NCBI GenBank assembly: GCA_918797485.1
Contig: CAKKNE010000002.1
Location: forward strand, 4,340,001 to 4,404,000
Direction: 5' to 3'
DNA length: 64,000 nt
Source: Pelagomonas calceolata
Lineage: Eukaryota
Both the position numbers and the translations under genes were made by a program. The notes beneath the pieces were generated by a model. That model did no database searches. It was not told the origin of the DNA and saw only the letters and a list, made by a program, of their open reading frames with translations. How positions within the stretch are numbered: position 1 is the stretch's first letter; every line of letters begins with the position of its first letter. Shown piece by piece: positions 41,195 to 51,975 of the stretch.

Positions 41195-42913
41195 ATGGCT
41201 TGCAGGCGACGAGCCCTGCTGCTCGCGCTCGTCACAGCTGCGAGCGCCTTCGTGCGGCCCGTTACGCACGTACGCGCAGCCCGCATAGACGTCGCGGCCA
41301 AGAAAAAGCGAAAGGGCAAGCCCGCGGCGGGCGGGCTCCAGTCGCTCAAGGTGCCGCAGCTCAAGGAGAAGTGCCGCGCGGCGGGCCTGCCCGTCGGCGG
41401 CACGAAGGCCGTGCTGATCGAGCGCCTGCAGGCCGCGACAGCGCCGGCCGCGGCCGCGGCGCCGGCACCGGCCGCGGCGCCGCCCGCCGCGGGCGGCCTG
41501 CCTCCGCCGCCGGCGCCCCGGTCCGCCGACACGCCGGCCGCCATGTCCATCGGCACGCTGCCGCCGCCGCCCGCGCCGCGCTCGGCCAATACGCCGGGAG
41601 CCTTTTCTGTCGGGCCGGCCACGGCGAAGCCCAAGCCTCGGGCGGCGCCGAAGCCGAAGCCGAAGCCGGCACCCGCGGCACCGCCTGTAGCGCCGGCCGC
41701 GGCGGCGCCGCCGATGGCTCCGCCCGCGGCGCCTCCCGCGGCCGCCGCGCCGCCGGCCGCGCCCGCGCCCGCGCCAGCACCACCTGTTGCGCCGCCGGCC
41801 GCACCACCCGCGGCGGCCGCACCGCCGATCGCACAGCAAGCGCCAGCCGCGCCGCCGGCGGCCCCGGCCATGCCGATGGCGCCCCCCGCGGCGCCGCCGG
41901 CCGCGCCGCCTGCCGCGGCGCCCGCGGCGCCCGCCGCGCGCCCGAAGCGCCGCCGCAAAGCAGCCGCGCCGGTCACCGTGGCGCCCGTGGCGCCCGTGGG
42001 CGCCGCGCCGCCCGCCGCGCCGCCCGCGGCGCCACCTGCAGCGCCAGCCGCGGCACCGCCAGCCGCGCCGCCCGCTGCGCCGCCCGCGCGGCCGCCCGCG
42101 CCCGCCGCACCGGCACCTGTGGCCGCGGCGCCCGCGCCCGCGCCGCCGCCCGCGCCGGGCACGATCCGCGTCTCGCTGCCGCCTTTACCGGAAGAGATCG
42201 ACAAAGAATCGCTGTCATCCATGGCCTCCACCACCCAGTTCCCCGTCGCGAGCGAAGAGGACCTGGGCGGGTCGCAACAGGCCGACGGCTCCATCACGCT
42301 GGCGACGTTCGACGAGCTCGACCAGCGCTCTCAAAAGCGCGCGGCCAAGAACGCGCCCGCGGCGCAACCGCCGAAGCGGAAAGCTGGAGACACGCAAGCT
42401 TTAAGGAGGGCCATGGAGAGCGACCCGAACGCCGACGTGAATTTCGAATCCCTAGAAAAGCGGCAAGACGACTTGGTGGCCATCGCCTTGGGCGAGAACG
42501 CCCAGACCTTTTTTGGGATTCAGTCGTCCTACATCCAATTGGGGCACACGGCGCTCGTGCTCGTTATCTTGCTGGCGGCGTTCGCCGTCGACCCGAACTT
42601 TCCCCTCACGAACCTACCGGTCGAATATAGGGACTTCCTGAAGCAGGGGCTGTTCGCGGTGTACGCCATCAACACTTTAGTTGCTGGGGCTGGATTCTTC
42701 GAGGCGCGCGATCGAGGGCAACCCGTCGCTCTGTGGGTCGCGAAGTGCTGGTTTTTGGGCGGCGTCGGCTACAACCAGCTCGTGACGTCGACGCGGAAGC
42801 CCGGGGGCGGAAGCCGCGGGCGGAAGCCGCGGGGGCGGAAGCCCGTCGCCGTCGAGGAGGAGAAGGGGTTCTCCATGCCTGAGTTGCCGACGTTTAAGAA
42901 CCCGTTCGAGTAG
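41195..42913 (+). CDS. Probably plastid-targeted SAP-domain, Pro/Ala-rich membrane protein
   Basis: MACRRRALLLALVTAASAFVRP presequence; SAP LQSLKVPQLKEKCRAAGLPVGGTKAVLIERL; ~250-aa PA-rich linker; C-terminal TM segments. Confidence 0.75.
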   Translation: MACRRRALLLALVTAASAFVRPVTHVRAARIDVAAKKKRKGKPAAGGLQSLKVPQLKEKCRAAGLPVGGTKAVLIERLQAATAPAAAAAPAPAAAPPAAGGLPPPPAPRSADTPAAMSIGTLPPPPAPRSANTPGAFSVGPATAKPKPRAAPKPKPKPAPAAPPVAPAAAAPPMAPPAAPPAAAAPPAAPAPAPAPPVAPPAAPPAAAAPPIAQQAPAAPPAAPAMPMAPPAAPPAAPPAAAPAAPAARPKRRRKAAAPVTVAPVAPVGAAPPAAPPAAPPAAPAAAPPAAPPAAPPARPPAPAAPAPVAAAPAPAPPPAPGTIRVSLPPLPEEIDKESLSSMASTTQFPVASEEDLGGSQQADGSITLATFDELDQRSQKRAAKNAPAAQPPKRKAGDTQALRRAMESDPNADVNFESLEKRQDDLVAIALGENAQTFFGIQSSYIQLGHTALVLVILLAAFAVDPNFPLTNLPVEYRDFLKQGLFAVYAINTLVAGAGFFEARDRGQPVALWVAKCWFLGGVGYNQLVTSTRKPGGGSRGRKPRGRKPVAVEEEKGFSMPELPTFKNPFE

Positions 42914-43040
42914 TTGTGTTTGCGCGCGACGGCGTAGTGCGTGCACAGGCTACGGGGGCGTCAAGTCAAAGGAATATCGGCCGTGAGGGCTGTGCTAGAT
43001 TCGTAGCATTAGAATTATCCCTCGCGACGCGTCGACGGCG

Positions 43041-43424
43041 TCATCGCTCGACCGCGTCGCGCAGGGCGCCGGCGATGCGACACGAGACGCCGTTGCGGAA
43101 CCAGCTGTTCGGCCACAGAAACACGGCGGCGAGGAGCGGCGTCTTCGCGACCTCGAGGAACGAATCGACCGTCACGAGGCCGTCGACGCTACGAAGCGCG
43201 TAGCCGATCGGAAGGCCCCACCAGCAGAGCTCGACGGCGCTGTACGCGGCCAGGCCGTACGCTCCGTATTCGGCAACTTTCGGCGGTACGATGCGCGCGA
43301 CGGGTCGCCGTCGCGGCGACATCGCGAAGTTGTTTGCAGTGGCGAGCCGCGCCGACGGCGCGAAGCCGGCGGCAGCTCCGATGATTGCGACCAGAAACCA
43401 CGCGCTCCGACGCCGGCAGTCCAT
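43041..43424 (-). CDS. Small hypothetical protein, probably plastid-targeted
   Basis: Signal peptide ending AAGFAPS; hydrophobic C-terminal half. Confidence 0.5.
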   Translation of the reverse strand: MDCRRRSAWFLVAIIGAAAGFAPSARLATANNFAMSPRRRPVARIVPPKVAEYGAYGLAAYSAVELCWWGLPIGYALRSVDGLVTVDSFLEVAKTPLLAAVFLWPNSWFRNGVSCRIAGALRDAVER

Positions 43425-43781
43425 CGATGCGGCGCGTAACCGAGTGCTTTGAGGGGCTCACTATATTAATTGACAGCGTGCTGAGCCGCGTCTAAGATTT
43501 GTCGAAGACGACGACTGCAGTGAACGTTCGCAGTCGGCTGTGCGCTGCAGCGTGGGTCGTAGCGTCCTTTGGCAGCGGTGCTAGCAATTAGTTCAGCTGC
43601 AGCTGGCAGCGGCGCTGCTGCAGGCACTTGCTCTGCTCAGCGAACTACTGCTGCAGCGCGCAGGACGGCGTGCGCACAGGCACAAGCAGTGCAAACAGAT
43701 TGTAAACCAGTCACGAGCCGCACACACAACAGCGATCGGTGCAACAGCACTGGGACTCAGAGGCTGCAACCTCCTCGCCGC

Positions 43782-44849
43782 ATGAAGCGTCGCTACATCC
43801 TACTGATGCACCTGGCCCTCGCGCGAGCGCTGCGCGCACCGATCCGGCCGCGCGCGGTCTCGCGCCTCAGCTCCTGGGGCGGCGACTACGACGAAGTAAG
43901 TACCGGCGACGGCGCGCGGAAGCCGAAGCGACCGGACACGCGGCCCGACTTTGCGAAGCCGAACTACCGCGAGCCACGTAGTCCTGGGAGAGGCGGTCGT
44001 GGCGGCGGCCGCGGTCGTGGCGCTGGCCGCGGTCGCGGTCGAAATGAACAAACGTACGTGCGGCGCGAGCGCCAACAAAGACATTGGGACGCGTTCATGG
44101 AGGACGATGGTAACGAGTTCGTCTACGGTATCGCGCCGGTGCTGGCGGCGTTGAAAGCGGGTCGACGATCGAAACACGCGTTATATGTGCTCGAGGAATC
44201 ACGACGGAAGGAGTCGCGGTTGGATGCTGTCGAAGCATTGGCGAGGGAGAACGATGTGGATATCGTACAGGTGGAGAAGGGCCTGCTGAACGAAGCTGTT
44301 AATGATAGGCCGCACCAGGGGTGCATCCTGTGTGCCTCGAAGCTCGACTTCGCAGTATTGGAGGAATGGACCCCGCCGGTCCAAGGCACCGGCTGGCTCG
44401 CGCTGGACGAAATCGTAGACCCGCAGAACTTGGGGAGCCTGTGTAGGACCGCGCGGTTCCTCGGGGCCTCCGTTTTAGTGAGCGCCAAAAACTCGGCGCC
44501 CTTGAGTGCTGCCGCGTCCAAGGCGTCGGCCGGAGCTTTAGAAGAGGCGCCGGTCTACGCCGTGCCGAATTTGCCTCGAGCACTGGAAGATGCGAAAGCC
44601 CAGGGCTGGCGCGTGCTCGGCGCGGGCGTTGGCGACAACAGCGTGCCCGTATCAGGTTTGGATCCTACACAACCGTCCGTCTTGGTGGTTGGCAGCGAGG
44701 GAGAGGGCCTGCGGACGACCGTGAGGCGCGCGTGCGACGCGCTGGTGCAGGTCGGCTCTGCCCCTGATAATTCGGGCGTGGACTCTTTGAATGTCGGCGT
44801 CGCCGGGGCCATTCTGCTGCACCACCTGCTCGGTGGGGCGCCTAAGTAA
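43782..44849 (+). CDS. SpoU/TrmH-family rRNA 2'-O-methyltransferase (RlmB/MRM1-like), organellar
   Basis: VYGIAPVLAAL, RPHQG, LDEIVDPQNLGSLCRTA, KASAGA, VGSEGEGLR, DSLNVGVAGAILL. Confidence 0.9.
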   Translation: MKRRYILLMHLALARALRAPIRPRAVSRLSSWGGDYDEVSTGDGARKPKRPDTRPDFAKPNYREPRSPGRGGRGGGRGRGAGRGRGRNEQTYVRRERQQRHWDAFMEDDGNEFVYGIAPVLAALKAGRRSKHALYVLEESRRKESRLDAVEALARENDVDIVQVEKGLLNEAVNDRPHQGCILCASKLDFAVLEEWTPPVQGTGWLALDEIVDPQNLGSLCRTARFLGASVLVSAKNSAPLSAAASKASAGALEEAPVYAVPNLPRALEDAKAQGWRVLGAGVGDNSVPVSGLDPTQPSVLVVGSEGEGLRTTVRRACDALVQVGSAPDNSGVDSLNVGVAGAILLHHLLGGAPK

Positions 44850-45232
44850 GAAGCTTCCCTGTGCTCACTCCCGTCCGCGTCGGCGGCGTCGAGGCGACGC
44901 CGCGCCGCGCCCCCCGGTACCGCACTGTTTCTTCTAGTGGTCTGTGGAAGCTTAGCTTACGCCAAGGAGGTCTTTCCGGCCGCGCCCTAAAACCCGATTT
45001 GATTTGGGCATTTGGGCACCGGCGCCGGCGCGCGCGCTCTTGCTGCGCTTACGCGTCTCGCTGGCCACACGAGATAAGCCATAAATCAACCGCAGAACAA
45101 CGCGCGACCACTGCCGCCGCAGCCCGCTCGTCCGTGCCGTAAAAACACAAGCCTCCTAAGCCACCACCCGCCAGACTCGGCGCCAGTGCTCCGCCGCCGC
45201 AGCGCGCGTACACGTACGCGTCGAGGCCACAA

Positions 45233-46411
45233 ATGGCTCAGATGCTCGACCCCGACGCCATCTTCGCGACGGCGGAACCGACGAGACGGTCCGGCCGCGC
45301 GCCGCAGCCGCGGCAGAACTTCGCGCAAGATGCTTATAGAGCAGAACGAGAAGAGGAGAAGAAGCGGAAGGCGGCGCTGGCGAAGAAGCCGCGCGGACCT
45401 AGTAGACCGGCGCCGCCTCGAAGCAAGTGGGAGAACTACGAGCGGAGGGTGGATGGCCAAATCGCGAAGGCGAGGAGCGCGGCCTTTTTCATCGAGACCT
45501 ACGCCATGGACGCGAATCGCGGTTCTAAAAGAGTGCAGCCCAAGCAAGAATTAGCGAAGGCGAAGGCTACCCTGAAGGCTGCTCGTTCTGAGATCCGAAG
45601 CGTGCTGGAGGAGGTAGCTTCACTACATAGTGAGATACGGTGGGGCACGGAGAAGGAATTGACCGAGGAGGACAGGAACGCCGACCTCGTCCCGGACGAA
45701 GCCAAGATCCGGGAGGAAGATCAAAACTTGCCGGGGATTAATGTCGAGGAAGTTGCGTGTAGCATCTGTGGTCAATACGAGTCGACGGACGATAATGATA
45801 TCATCATGTGCGACAGAACCAATTGCTTCCGCGCGTTCCACGTGAAGTGCTGCGAGCCGGTGATGACCCCCGAAATGCTCGGTGGTGCGGACGAGGACTG
45901 GTTCTGCCACCAGTGTTCCACCATTGATAATATAGTAGAAAAGGTCAACGAGTACTTCGACAAGAACTACACCTGTGCGGGCTGGAAGGATGTGTTTGCG
46001 AAGGAGGAAGAAGAGGTAAGGGTACCTACCGGGGGTATCCTCGACATGGATTTCGGCTCGGGCGACGACGAGGACGACGAGGATCATGTAAGTGGAGATG
46101 AAAGTGACGACGAGGAGGACGACGCGTCGGACGTCGTGAGCAGGTGCTCCGGGGATGTTGCTTTAGGTGTGAAAGTTCCGGAGGACAAGATCGACGTCAG
46201 AAATATTTTAGAAGGTCCTCGGAAGAAGCAGAAGCTCGACTACGCTGCTTTAAATGCGGCGCTGTCGGACGCGGAGTCGGACGACGGCGGCGCCTTTTAT
46301 GCGTCTTTGCCGAAGCCGCGGCCGCCGGACTCGGACGAGGACAATGGTGGCGGGAACGGCGCGGCGGCGGCGACCGGCGACGGCGACTCGGAGGGCGACT
46401 TCGACGCTTGA
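45233..46411 (+). CDS. PHD-finger protein resembling plant PRH/HAT3.1 N-terminal + PHD region
   Basis: CSICGQYESTDDNDIIMCDRTNCFRAFHVKCCEP...DEDWFCHQC; IETY...RVQPKQELAKAK; acidic tail. Confidence 0.8.
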   Translation: MAQMLDPDAIFATAEPTRRSGRAPQPRQNFAQDAYRAEREEEKKRKAALAKKPRGPSRPAPPRSKWENYERRVDGQIAKARSAAFFIETYAMDANRGSKRVQPKQELAKAKATLKAARSEIRSVLEEVASLHSEIRWGTEKELTEEDRNADLVPDEAKIREEDQNLPGINVEEVACSICGQYESTDDNDIIMCDRTNCFRAFHVKCCEPVMTPEMLGGADEDWFCHQCSTIDNIVEKVNEYFDKNYTCAGWKDVFAKEEEEVRVPTGGILDMDFGSGDDEDDEDHVSGDESDDEEDDASDVVSRCSGDVALGVKVPEDKIDVRNILEGPRKKQKLDYAALNAALSDAESDDGGAFYASLPKPRPPDSDEDNGGGNGAAAATGDGDSEGDFDA

Positions 46412-46606
46412 TTGATCTAAAAGTACTTAGTTATCCTTGTCACCGACGCGTTGCTAGCGTAGTAGGAGCACTAGTCATGACTCCAATCTCGCTCAGGTGG
46501 CACTCTGCGGCCCCTGTGAGCCTGGGAGACAAGCAGTTGCGTAGATAGAGTAGTCCCAGGGGCTCCGAAGCTGCTGAACTCAAGCGCCTCCCCGCGGGCG
46601 CACGCC

Positions 46607-47422
46607 ATGGCGAGGCCCCTACTATGCTTGCTGGCGCTGCAAGGTGCACCCCTGCTATGCTTGCGAGGCGCCGCCGCGCTCGCGCCGCCGCAAGGCGCAG
46701 CGCGAGTCGCGCCGCTGCAAGGCGCAACGCTCACGCCGCCGCCGCAAGACGCAGCAGCGCCGTCCGCCGTCCCGGCGGCGCCCGCGCCAATCACAGTGAA
46801 CGAGGCGCGCCAGCAACTCTGGGCCGCCCTCGACAGCGAGAGAGACGTCGCGGCCGCCGTCGACCGGCTGCTTGGCGTCCACCAATGCAACTACGAGACG
46901 CGCGCCTTCGTCGAGTTTAGCCTCGCGGGCGCCTGGCGCCTGCGCGAGTGCGTGTCGACGAAGCCGTCGCGCGAGCCGACGAAGCTCGCCGCGCTGTCCC
47001 TGGAGCGCGATCTCGTCGTCGACGAGGTCACGCAGCACTTGGCCTTCGAGGGCGAACTGGTCAACGTGCGCCACGAATTCGCGTGGCGGCGCCCCCGGAA
47101 CGGTGACAAGGGCGTGCTCTTGGCGACGAGTCAAGGGACGCTTGTGGAGTCCACGACACGGCTCCGGACCTGGACCCTGGAGTGTTCCGACGTCAAGCAC
47201 TCGTTGCACCCGGAGGGAAAGCTCACGTCGGACGCGGCGGACGTAGTCGACGCCGTCGCGCGCCTCGCGCCCCTCGAGCTCTTCGACCCGAGCGGCACGC
47301 GCACGGACCTCGAGTACGTCGACCCCGAGCTGCGGCTCGTCGGCGTCGCGCCGGGCAGCGCGCGTGGGGCGAACCACGTCCACGTCTGGTCGCGCGACGA
47401 GCCGTGGGGCTTGGCTTCGTAA
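46607..47422 (+). CDS. Hypothetical secreted/plastid protein, possibly PAP/fibrillin-like
   Basis: Signal peptide; LAGAWRL and C-terminal LEYVDPELRLV resemble lipocalin/fibrillin motifs. Confidence 0.5.
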   Translation: MARPLLCLLALQGAPLLCLRGAAALAPPQGAARVAPLQGATLTPPPQDAAAPSAVPAAPAPITVNEARQQLWAALDSERDVAAAVDRLLGVHQCNYETRAFVEFSLAGAWRLRECVSTKPSREPTKLAALSLERDLVVDEVTQHLAFEGELVNVRHEFAWRRPRNGDKGVLLATSQGTLVESTTRLRTWTLECSDVKHSLHPEGKLTSDAADVVDAVARLAPLELFDPSGTRTDLEYVDPELRLVGVAPGSARGANHVHVWSRDEPWGLAS

Positions 47423-47621
47423 GACGAGTGGTTGTAGCTGTAGTTCGGGTACGGATTGTACGCCGCCCGTCCCCCAGGTGCTCCGTCCTGGACAACTAGT
47501 GACGGGTTTTCCAATCATCGAAAATCAACCATTCATTGCCATAGTGACCGCTTGCGCCATCTCTTGTCTCGTGGCACCCTGCGCGATCGCGTGGGAGCGC
47601 TTCGACGGCGGAAACGGACAA

Positions 47622-48197
47622 ATGAGGCTCCGCATCCTCACACTGATCATAGCCACACATGCCCTGTCCCCACCGAAGCGCATCTCGCGAGCACTGTTCG
47701 GTGATCCGACGAAAGCGCCGCTACGAAACGCAGTCCGCCAGAAACTACGTGAAGCGACGTGGAACCTAGCACCTACGGCGGTCGTCGACGCGGCCGTCGA
47801 TGCGAGCTTCGAGCTCCTTGCACGAAAGGGCCTTGACAAAATCGACGCCACGGCGCTGAAGAAGCGGAAGAACGAGCTCCGGTCCGAGGTGTCGCGCCGC
47901 GTCGCCGCTGCCGCGGACACGCCGCTTGGAGACGATATCGAGGCGAAACTGGGCGGCGCAGTTGTTGACGCGTTGTTTGATCAAGTGACGTCGTCGACGG
48001 AGCTACTGAGTACGCCGCGCGAGCGCTTGATCGTTCTCGAAGGCAAGGTCTCCGACGTCAAGCGCGAGCTAGGTCTATTCCGTCTCGCGTGGCATCGCGT
48101 CCGCAAACACGCCCGAGCCATACTGGTCGCCGGCACCGCGGTCGCGGGCTTGCTCTGGGCGCGCGCGGCGGGGATGGGCCCGCGGTGGATCCACTAA
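47622..48197 (+). CDS. Hypothetical protein with signal peptide and C-terminal TM
   Basis: MRLRILTLIIATHAL...; ILVAGTAVAGLLW. Confidence 0.55.
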   Translation: MRLRILTLIIATHALSPPKRISRALFGDPTKAPLRNAVRQKLREATWNLAPTAVVDAAVDASFELLARKGLDKIDATALKKRKNELRSEVSRRVAAAADTPLGDDIEAKLGGAVVDALFDQVTSSTELLSTPRERLIVLEGKVSDVKRELGLFRLAWHRVRKHARAILVAGTAVAGLLWARAAGMGPRWIH

Positions 48198-48203
48198 GCA
48201 CAT

Positions 48204-51089
48204 TTAAACTACTAACGCCCCCTTCAACACACCCGCGGCCAAGTCCCAATTGTTGGAGAAGGCCTGGGCGCGCGCCACGAGCCTTCTCCGCGCGGCAGCG
48301 AGCCGCGGCGCGTCCGCCGAAAGAGCAAACAGCGCCCGGAACGCGTGCCACGCGGCCGTCGCGCGGTCCGGATCAATTAAAACCGCCGCGCAGGGCTTAT
48401 CAGAGCCACAGTGCGGCAACACGAGGTCCCCGAGCAGCTCTTGAGATGCGGGGATCGCCGCGGCCACCACAGGACAGCCACAAGCCAAAGCTTCGAGCAT
48501 CGGTAATCCGAAGCCCTCGTCGCGCGACGCATACGCCAAAGCGACCGCGCCGGAGTAGGCCGCCGCTAAATCATCATCGTTCAGGAAACGCGCCCAGCTC
48601 CAGGACACGTTGAAGTGGGGCCCTCCTAATATTTCCCTTTCTCGATCGGTGGGAGGCCCGCCCCCGACCATAAATAAATGAAGTTGTCTAGCACGAGCTT
48701 GGTAGAAGGCCCGCTGCACGACGTCGCCGTTCTTGTAGCCTAACCGAGGCCCGACCAACAGTATGTAGGGCAGCTCCACGTGTGTCCTACCTTTGAGGTC
48801 GTCGATCTCCTTCTGTTGCCGAGGATAGAACACTGAGAGATCGACGCCGTTCCGCGCGATGACTGAACTACGGCCGTAGTGTTGTTGTGAAGCATCGGCC
48901 GTCGCTTGCGACACGGCCACGATTTGATCCGCTTTTATGACTGCCTCGCGTTTCAGCGTCCAGTAATTATCAAGGGGCCAGCCGAAGATTTCTGGGGTTA
49001 AATCGTGCACCAACAACACCACTCGTCCTTTCCAGGTCTCGGAGGGCCGCGTGTACTCCGTAGAAATGAAGACCGAGGCGTCACTTGCAACCAACGAGAT
49101 GTGTTCGGCGTCGCCGGCGTGGTCGTGGTCCTCGGGGAAGGGGGCTAGATTTCTAACCTCGCCTATGTGCGGCGCCGCGGAGCCGGCCCGCTCGAGCACA
49201 GTTAACCGCCAATCAACACTTTCAAGAGCAACGTGCAACCGAGGTAATAATTCAGTCCACACCCGCGCGATGCCGCCCGTCGGCACGCGCTGGAACGCGA
49301 CGCCATCGACGGCCACCAGTGGTTTCTTTTGGATCACGGGCGGCGGCGACGCCGAGACGGCCCTCAACACTTCGGCCGCCGCCGTCGACGCATGTGGGGC
49401 TGTGAGGGCCGTATGTGCTGGACCTCCGACCCCTAATATAGCGGCAGCAGCAAAAGGGGTCGCGTCGACGACTGTTGACGCGAACCGCGGCTCCGATCGG
49501 ACCCAGTCGAGGTAATCCCCAAGATCCGCGGGCGGCGTCGCATTTTGTAAGGAGCGCCAGCCCTCGACGGCGTTGTCGTAGCCGTAGAACTTCGCCTTGA
49601 AGGCGACTTGTCTTTCACTTACATAGGCGTGGTGCGTAAACACGAGGCCTTTTGATGCAGTTGTGGCGTGCGTCATACATGCGTCGCCCGTTAATTGTAG
49701 CCAGGTGCCATTGACCCGTTCCACAAGCAAAGGTGGTGCGTGAGATGCCCAGAAACTACGTGAAGGATCGGCACGCCAGGCGCGCAACCACTCGTACCCG
49801 TCAGAATGGCCGTATCCATTACTTGTCGCTGTGGCAAGGTGCGGCCCGACCAGGAAATGGCAGTGGAAGTAGGCGCACCGCTCTTTTAGTAATGAATCGC
49901 GTATATTCAACAGTTGGTCGGCGGTCCACAATTCATCAACATCTATTTGCAGGATGATCGCATCAGGGCCTGTCGACGCCTCTTCGAGAGCTTTGTTGAT
50001 CATCTCGACCTTGTCGCGCCACAATGATCGATGCACATGAATGCGGCCGTCTATCCGAGCCAAGGCGTCGATGTACTCGGACGTGCCGTCAGTACTTAAC
50101 CCGTCTCTATGAAAGTCACTCAAATCTTGTGAAGAGTACGGAGATGACGCGTCCGCCCGTCCCGTCGCTAAACCCTCGACGAGGTGCCACTCCCACTCGA
50201 TATCTAGCTTGGTGAGTGTCTTGTGGTGGTGGGCGAGGAACGGCATGCCGTTGAGAACAAGAGTCAAGACGACGAGGCGGCCTTTTGAACCTCGCGGTCG
50301 AGGTATTGTGGATTTTGGGAGCTGGGGTTTGGTCGCCGGAGGACAGCTCTCGACGCAGAAAATGGTAGAAGCGTTCGCTATTGTGACACCGGACGGCAGG
50401 CCCGTCGCCACCGCATGCAGGACGTGCCAGCCCGGCTTCAGACGACTGAGCGTCGCCTGGGGCGCGCAGCTGACTAATTCAGACTCGTCGAGGAACGTGC
50501 AGAACCGCACCGCAACATCATTACCGGTCACGGCGACGTCACGGTTTATTGATGGACGCAGCGTCTCGTTGCGTTGCACGAGCGCCGGCGCGCGCACGGC
50601 GAAGTCGCTGCCACCGGACGCGGCGTCGAGCGCGGCCGCGAGTTGGGCGAGCGCCGCGTCGCGGAAGGAGCCGCGGGCCGCGGCGCGCCGCGCCGCGCGC
50701 GCGGCGTTCGACCGCTGGCCGTCCGCGAGCAGCGCGGTCGCGAGGGCGAGCTCGGCGCGCGCCCGGCAGGCGCCGCTCGGAGGGTCGTCGGGTGATGCAT
50801 CGGCGTCGGCGCGCGCCTCGGCGGCGACGGCAGCGATCAGATACGTTATTGATGCCGTGGCCTCGTGCGCGGGCCATCGCTCGGCAGCTTTGGACAAATG
50901 CGCGGCGGAGGCGCAGCCCGTGGTGTTAAGTAGCGCGCTGTTTGCGGCCGCGTGTGCGTGCCAAGCATCGTGCGGCGTGTTGTGCGGCGTCGTTTGAGTG
51001 CGTGCTGTTTGTGGTGCCGGTGGGTTGCCGCCGACGCGCACGACTCGCTGGGCGGTCGCGCTCCAGCAAAGGGCGAGCCATGCGAGCAT
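48204..51089 (-). CDS. Secretory bifunctional glycosyltransferase (GT-A/GT2-like + GT-B/GT4)
   Basis: Signal peptide; LQIDVDELW (DxD); VHDLTPE, VAVSQAT, NGVD, YKN, EGFGLPMLEALACGCPVV (GT4). Confidence 0.85.
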   Translation of the reverse strand: MLAWLALCWSATAQRVVRVGGNPPAPQTARTQTTPHNTPHDAWHAHAAANSALLNTTGCASAAHLSKAAERWPAHEATASITYLIAAVAAEARADADASPDDPPSGACRARAELALATALLADGQRSNAARAARRAAARGSFRDAALAQLAAALDAASGGSDFAVRAPALVQRNETLRPSINRDVAVTGNDVAVRFCTFLDESELVSCAPQATLSRLKPGWHVLHAVATGLPSGVTIANASTIFCVESCPPATKPQLPKSTIPRPRGSKGRLVVLTLVLNGMPFLAHHHKTLTKLDIEWEWHLVEGLATGRADASSPYSSQDLSDFHRDGLSTDGTSEYIDALARIDGRIHVHRSLWRDKVEMINKALEEASTGPDAIILQIDVDELWTADQLLNIRDSLLKERCAYFHCHFLVGPHLATATSNGYGHSDGYEWLRAWRADPSRSFWASHAPPLLVERVNGTWLQLTGDACMTHATTASKGLVFTHHAYVSERQVAFKAKFYGYDNAVEGWRSLQNATPPADLGDYLDWVRSEPRFASTVVDATPFAAAAILGVGGPAHTALTAPHASTAAAEVLRAVSASPPPVIQKKPLVAVDGVAFQRVPTGGIARVWTELLPRLHVALESVDWRLTVLERAGSAAPHIGEVRNLAPFPEDHDHAGDAEHISLVASDASVFISTEYTRPSETWKGRVVLLVHDLTPEIFGWPLDNYWTLKREAVIKADQIVAVSQATADASQQHYGRSSVIARNGVDLSVFYPRQQKEIDDLKGRTHVELPYILLVGPRLGYKNGDVVQRAFYQARARQLHLFMVGGGPPTDREREILGGPHFNVSWSWARFLNDDDLAAAYSGAVALAYASRDEGFGLPMLEALACGCPVVAAAIPASQELLGDLVLPHCGSDKPCAAVLIDPDRATAAWHAFRALFALSADAPRLAAARRRLVARAQAFSNNWDLAAGVLKGALVV

Positions 51090-51275
51090 TTTTAGGCTGC
51101 CCCCATGCAGGGCCGCGCCGCGCCGGCGCGCCGAGCAAGCCCGAGCTGCAGCGTGCGGGTCTATGTTTTTGTCCGCGTGGCTTGCCCCAATAATCGATTC
51201 CCTGGCCGCGCACGGCCGTAACGTTTATCTCTCGCACGGCTGGTGCTCCACCAAGCGTTTTGACCGTGCTGCGAC

Positions 51276-51956
51276 ATGACGGAGTCCGCTTCAGAGCAGC
51301 CGAGCCCGAGTGACACAACTTGCGCCGCGCCGGGCTGCCTCAAGGAAGCTCATCTGAAGTGCTCGCGCTGCCAGACCGTCCGCTACTGCAGCAAGGCCTG
51401 CCAGGTGACGCACTGGAAGGCGGGCCATTCCAAGGCGTGCCGGGCGGCGCCGGGCGCTCCAGCAAACCGTCCAGAAGAACCGGCACCGGACGCTCCAGCT
51501 GCTCCAGAAGACGCGCTCGCGCGCCAGGACCGGCTCCTCCGGGAGTCGCCGCGCGCCGATTACGTCGTCGAGGTGGACAAGACGCACGACCGAGCCGTGG
51601 CCTTCGAGCGAATGCAGGACCGGTTATTGTTTCGGATGCTGCGGGGCAAGGCGGGCAAACGGTGCCGCCGTTCGTTATATCTGATGAACGACATCCTCGC
51701 GAAGGCTCAACCGGAGCACGCGGAACGCATCCGGCAACAATTACGTTCGGAATATGGCGTCGACCCGCTCGAATGTAAGAATGCGCCCGTGGGAGGCTTG
51801 AAATTGGGCGCGGACGCGCCGTCCTTTGACGACAACATGGCCGACATCGTGCGTGCGATGCGCGCGGGAAATATCGACGACAATGCTCTCCAGGCGGAGA
51901 TGGAGGCGTCCGCGGAGCGGCTTGCGGCCAGGAAACGGCCGGTGAAGCCGAGGTAA
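51276..51956 (+). CDS. MYND zinc-finger protein
   Basis: CAAPGC...KCSRCQTVRYCSKACQVTHWKAGHSKAC. Confidence 0.85.
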   Translation: MTESASEQPSPSDTTCAAPGCLKEAHLKCSRCQTVRYCSKACQVTHWKAGHSKACRAAPGAPANRPEEPAPDAPAAPEDALARQDRLLRESPRADYVVEVDKTHDRAVAFERMQDRLLFRMLRGKAGKRCRRSLYLMNDILAKAQPEHAERIRQQLRSEYGVDPLECKNAPVGGLKLGADAPSFDDNMADIVRAMRAGNIDDNALQAEMEASAERLAARKRPVKPR

Positions 51957-51975
51957 TATGTATGTGTTAGATAAT

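Noticed and set aside
41640..42160. GC-rich tandem-like repeats as satellite DNA
   Set aside because: They encode the Pro/Ala linker of an intact ORF.
5666..46411. Functional cluster of chromatin genes (PHD, bromo, SNF5, MYB)
   Set aside because: Interspersed with unrelated genes; these families are abundant, so co-location is unremarkable.
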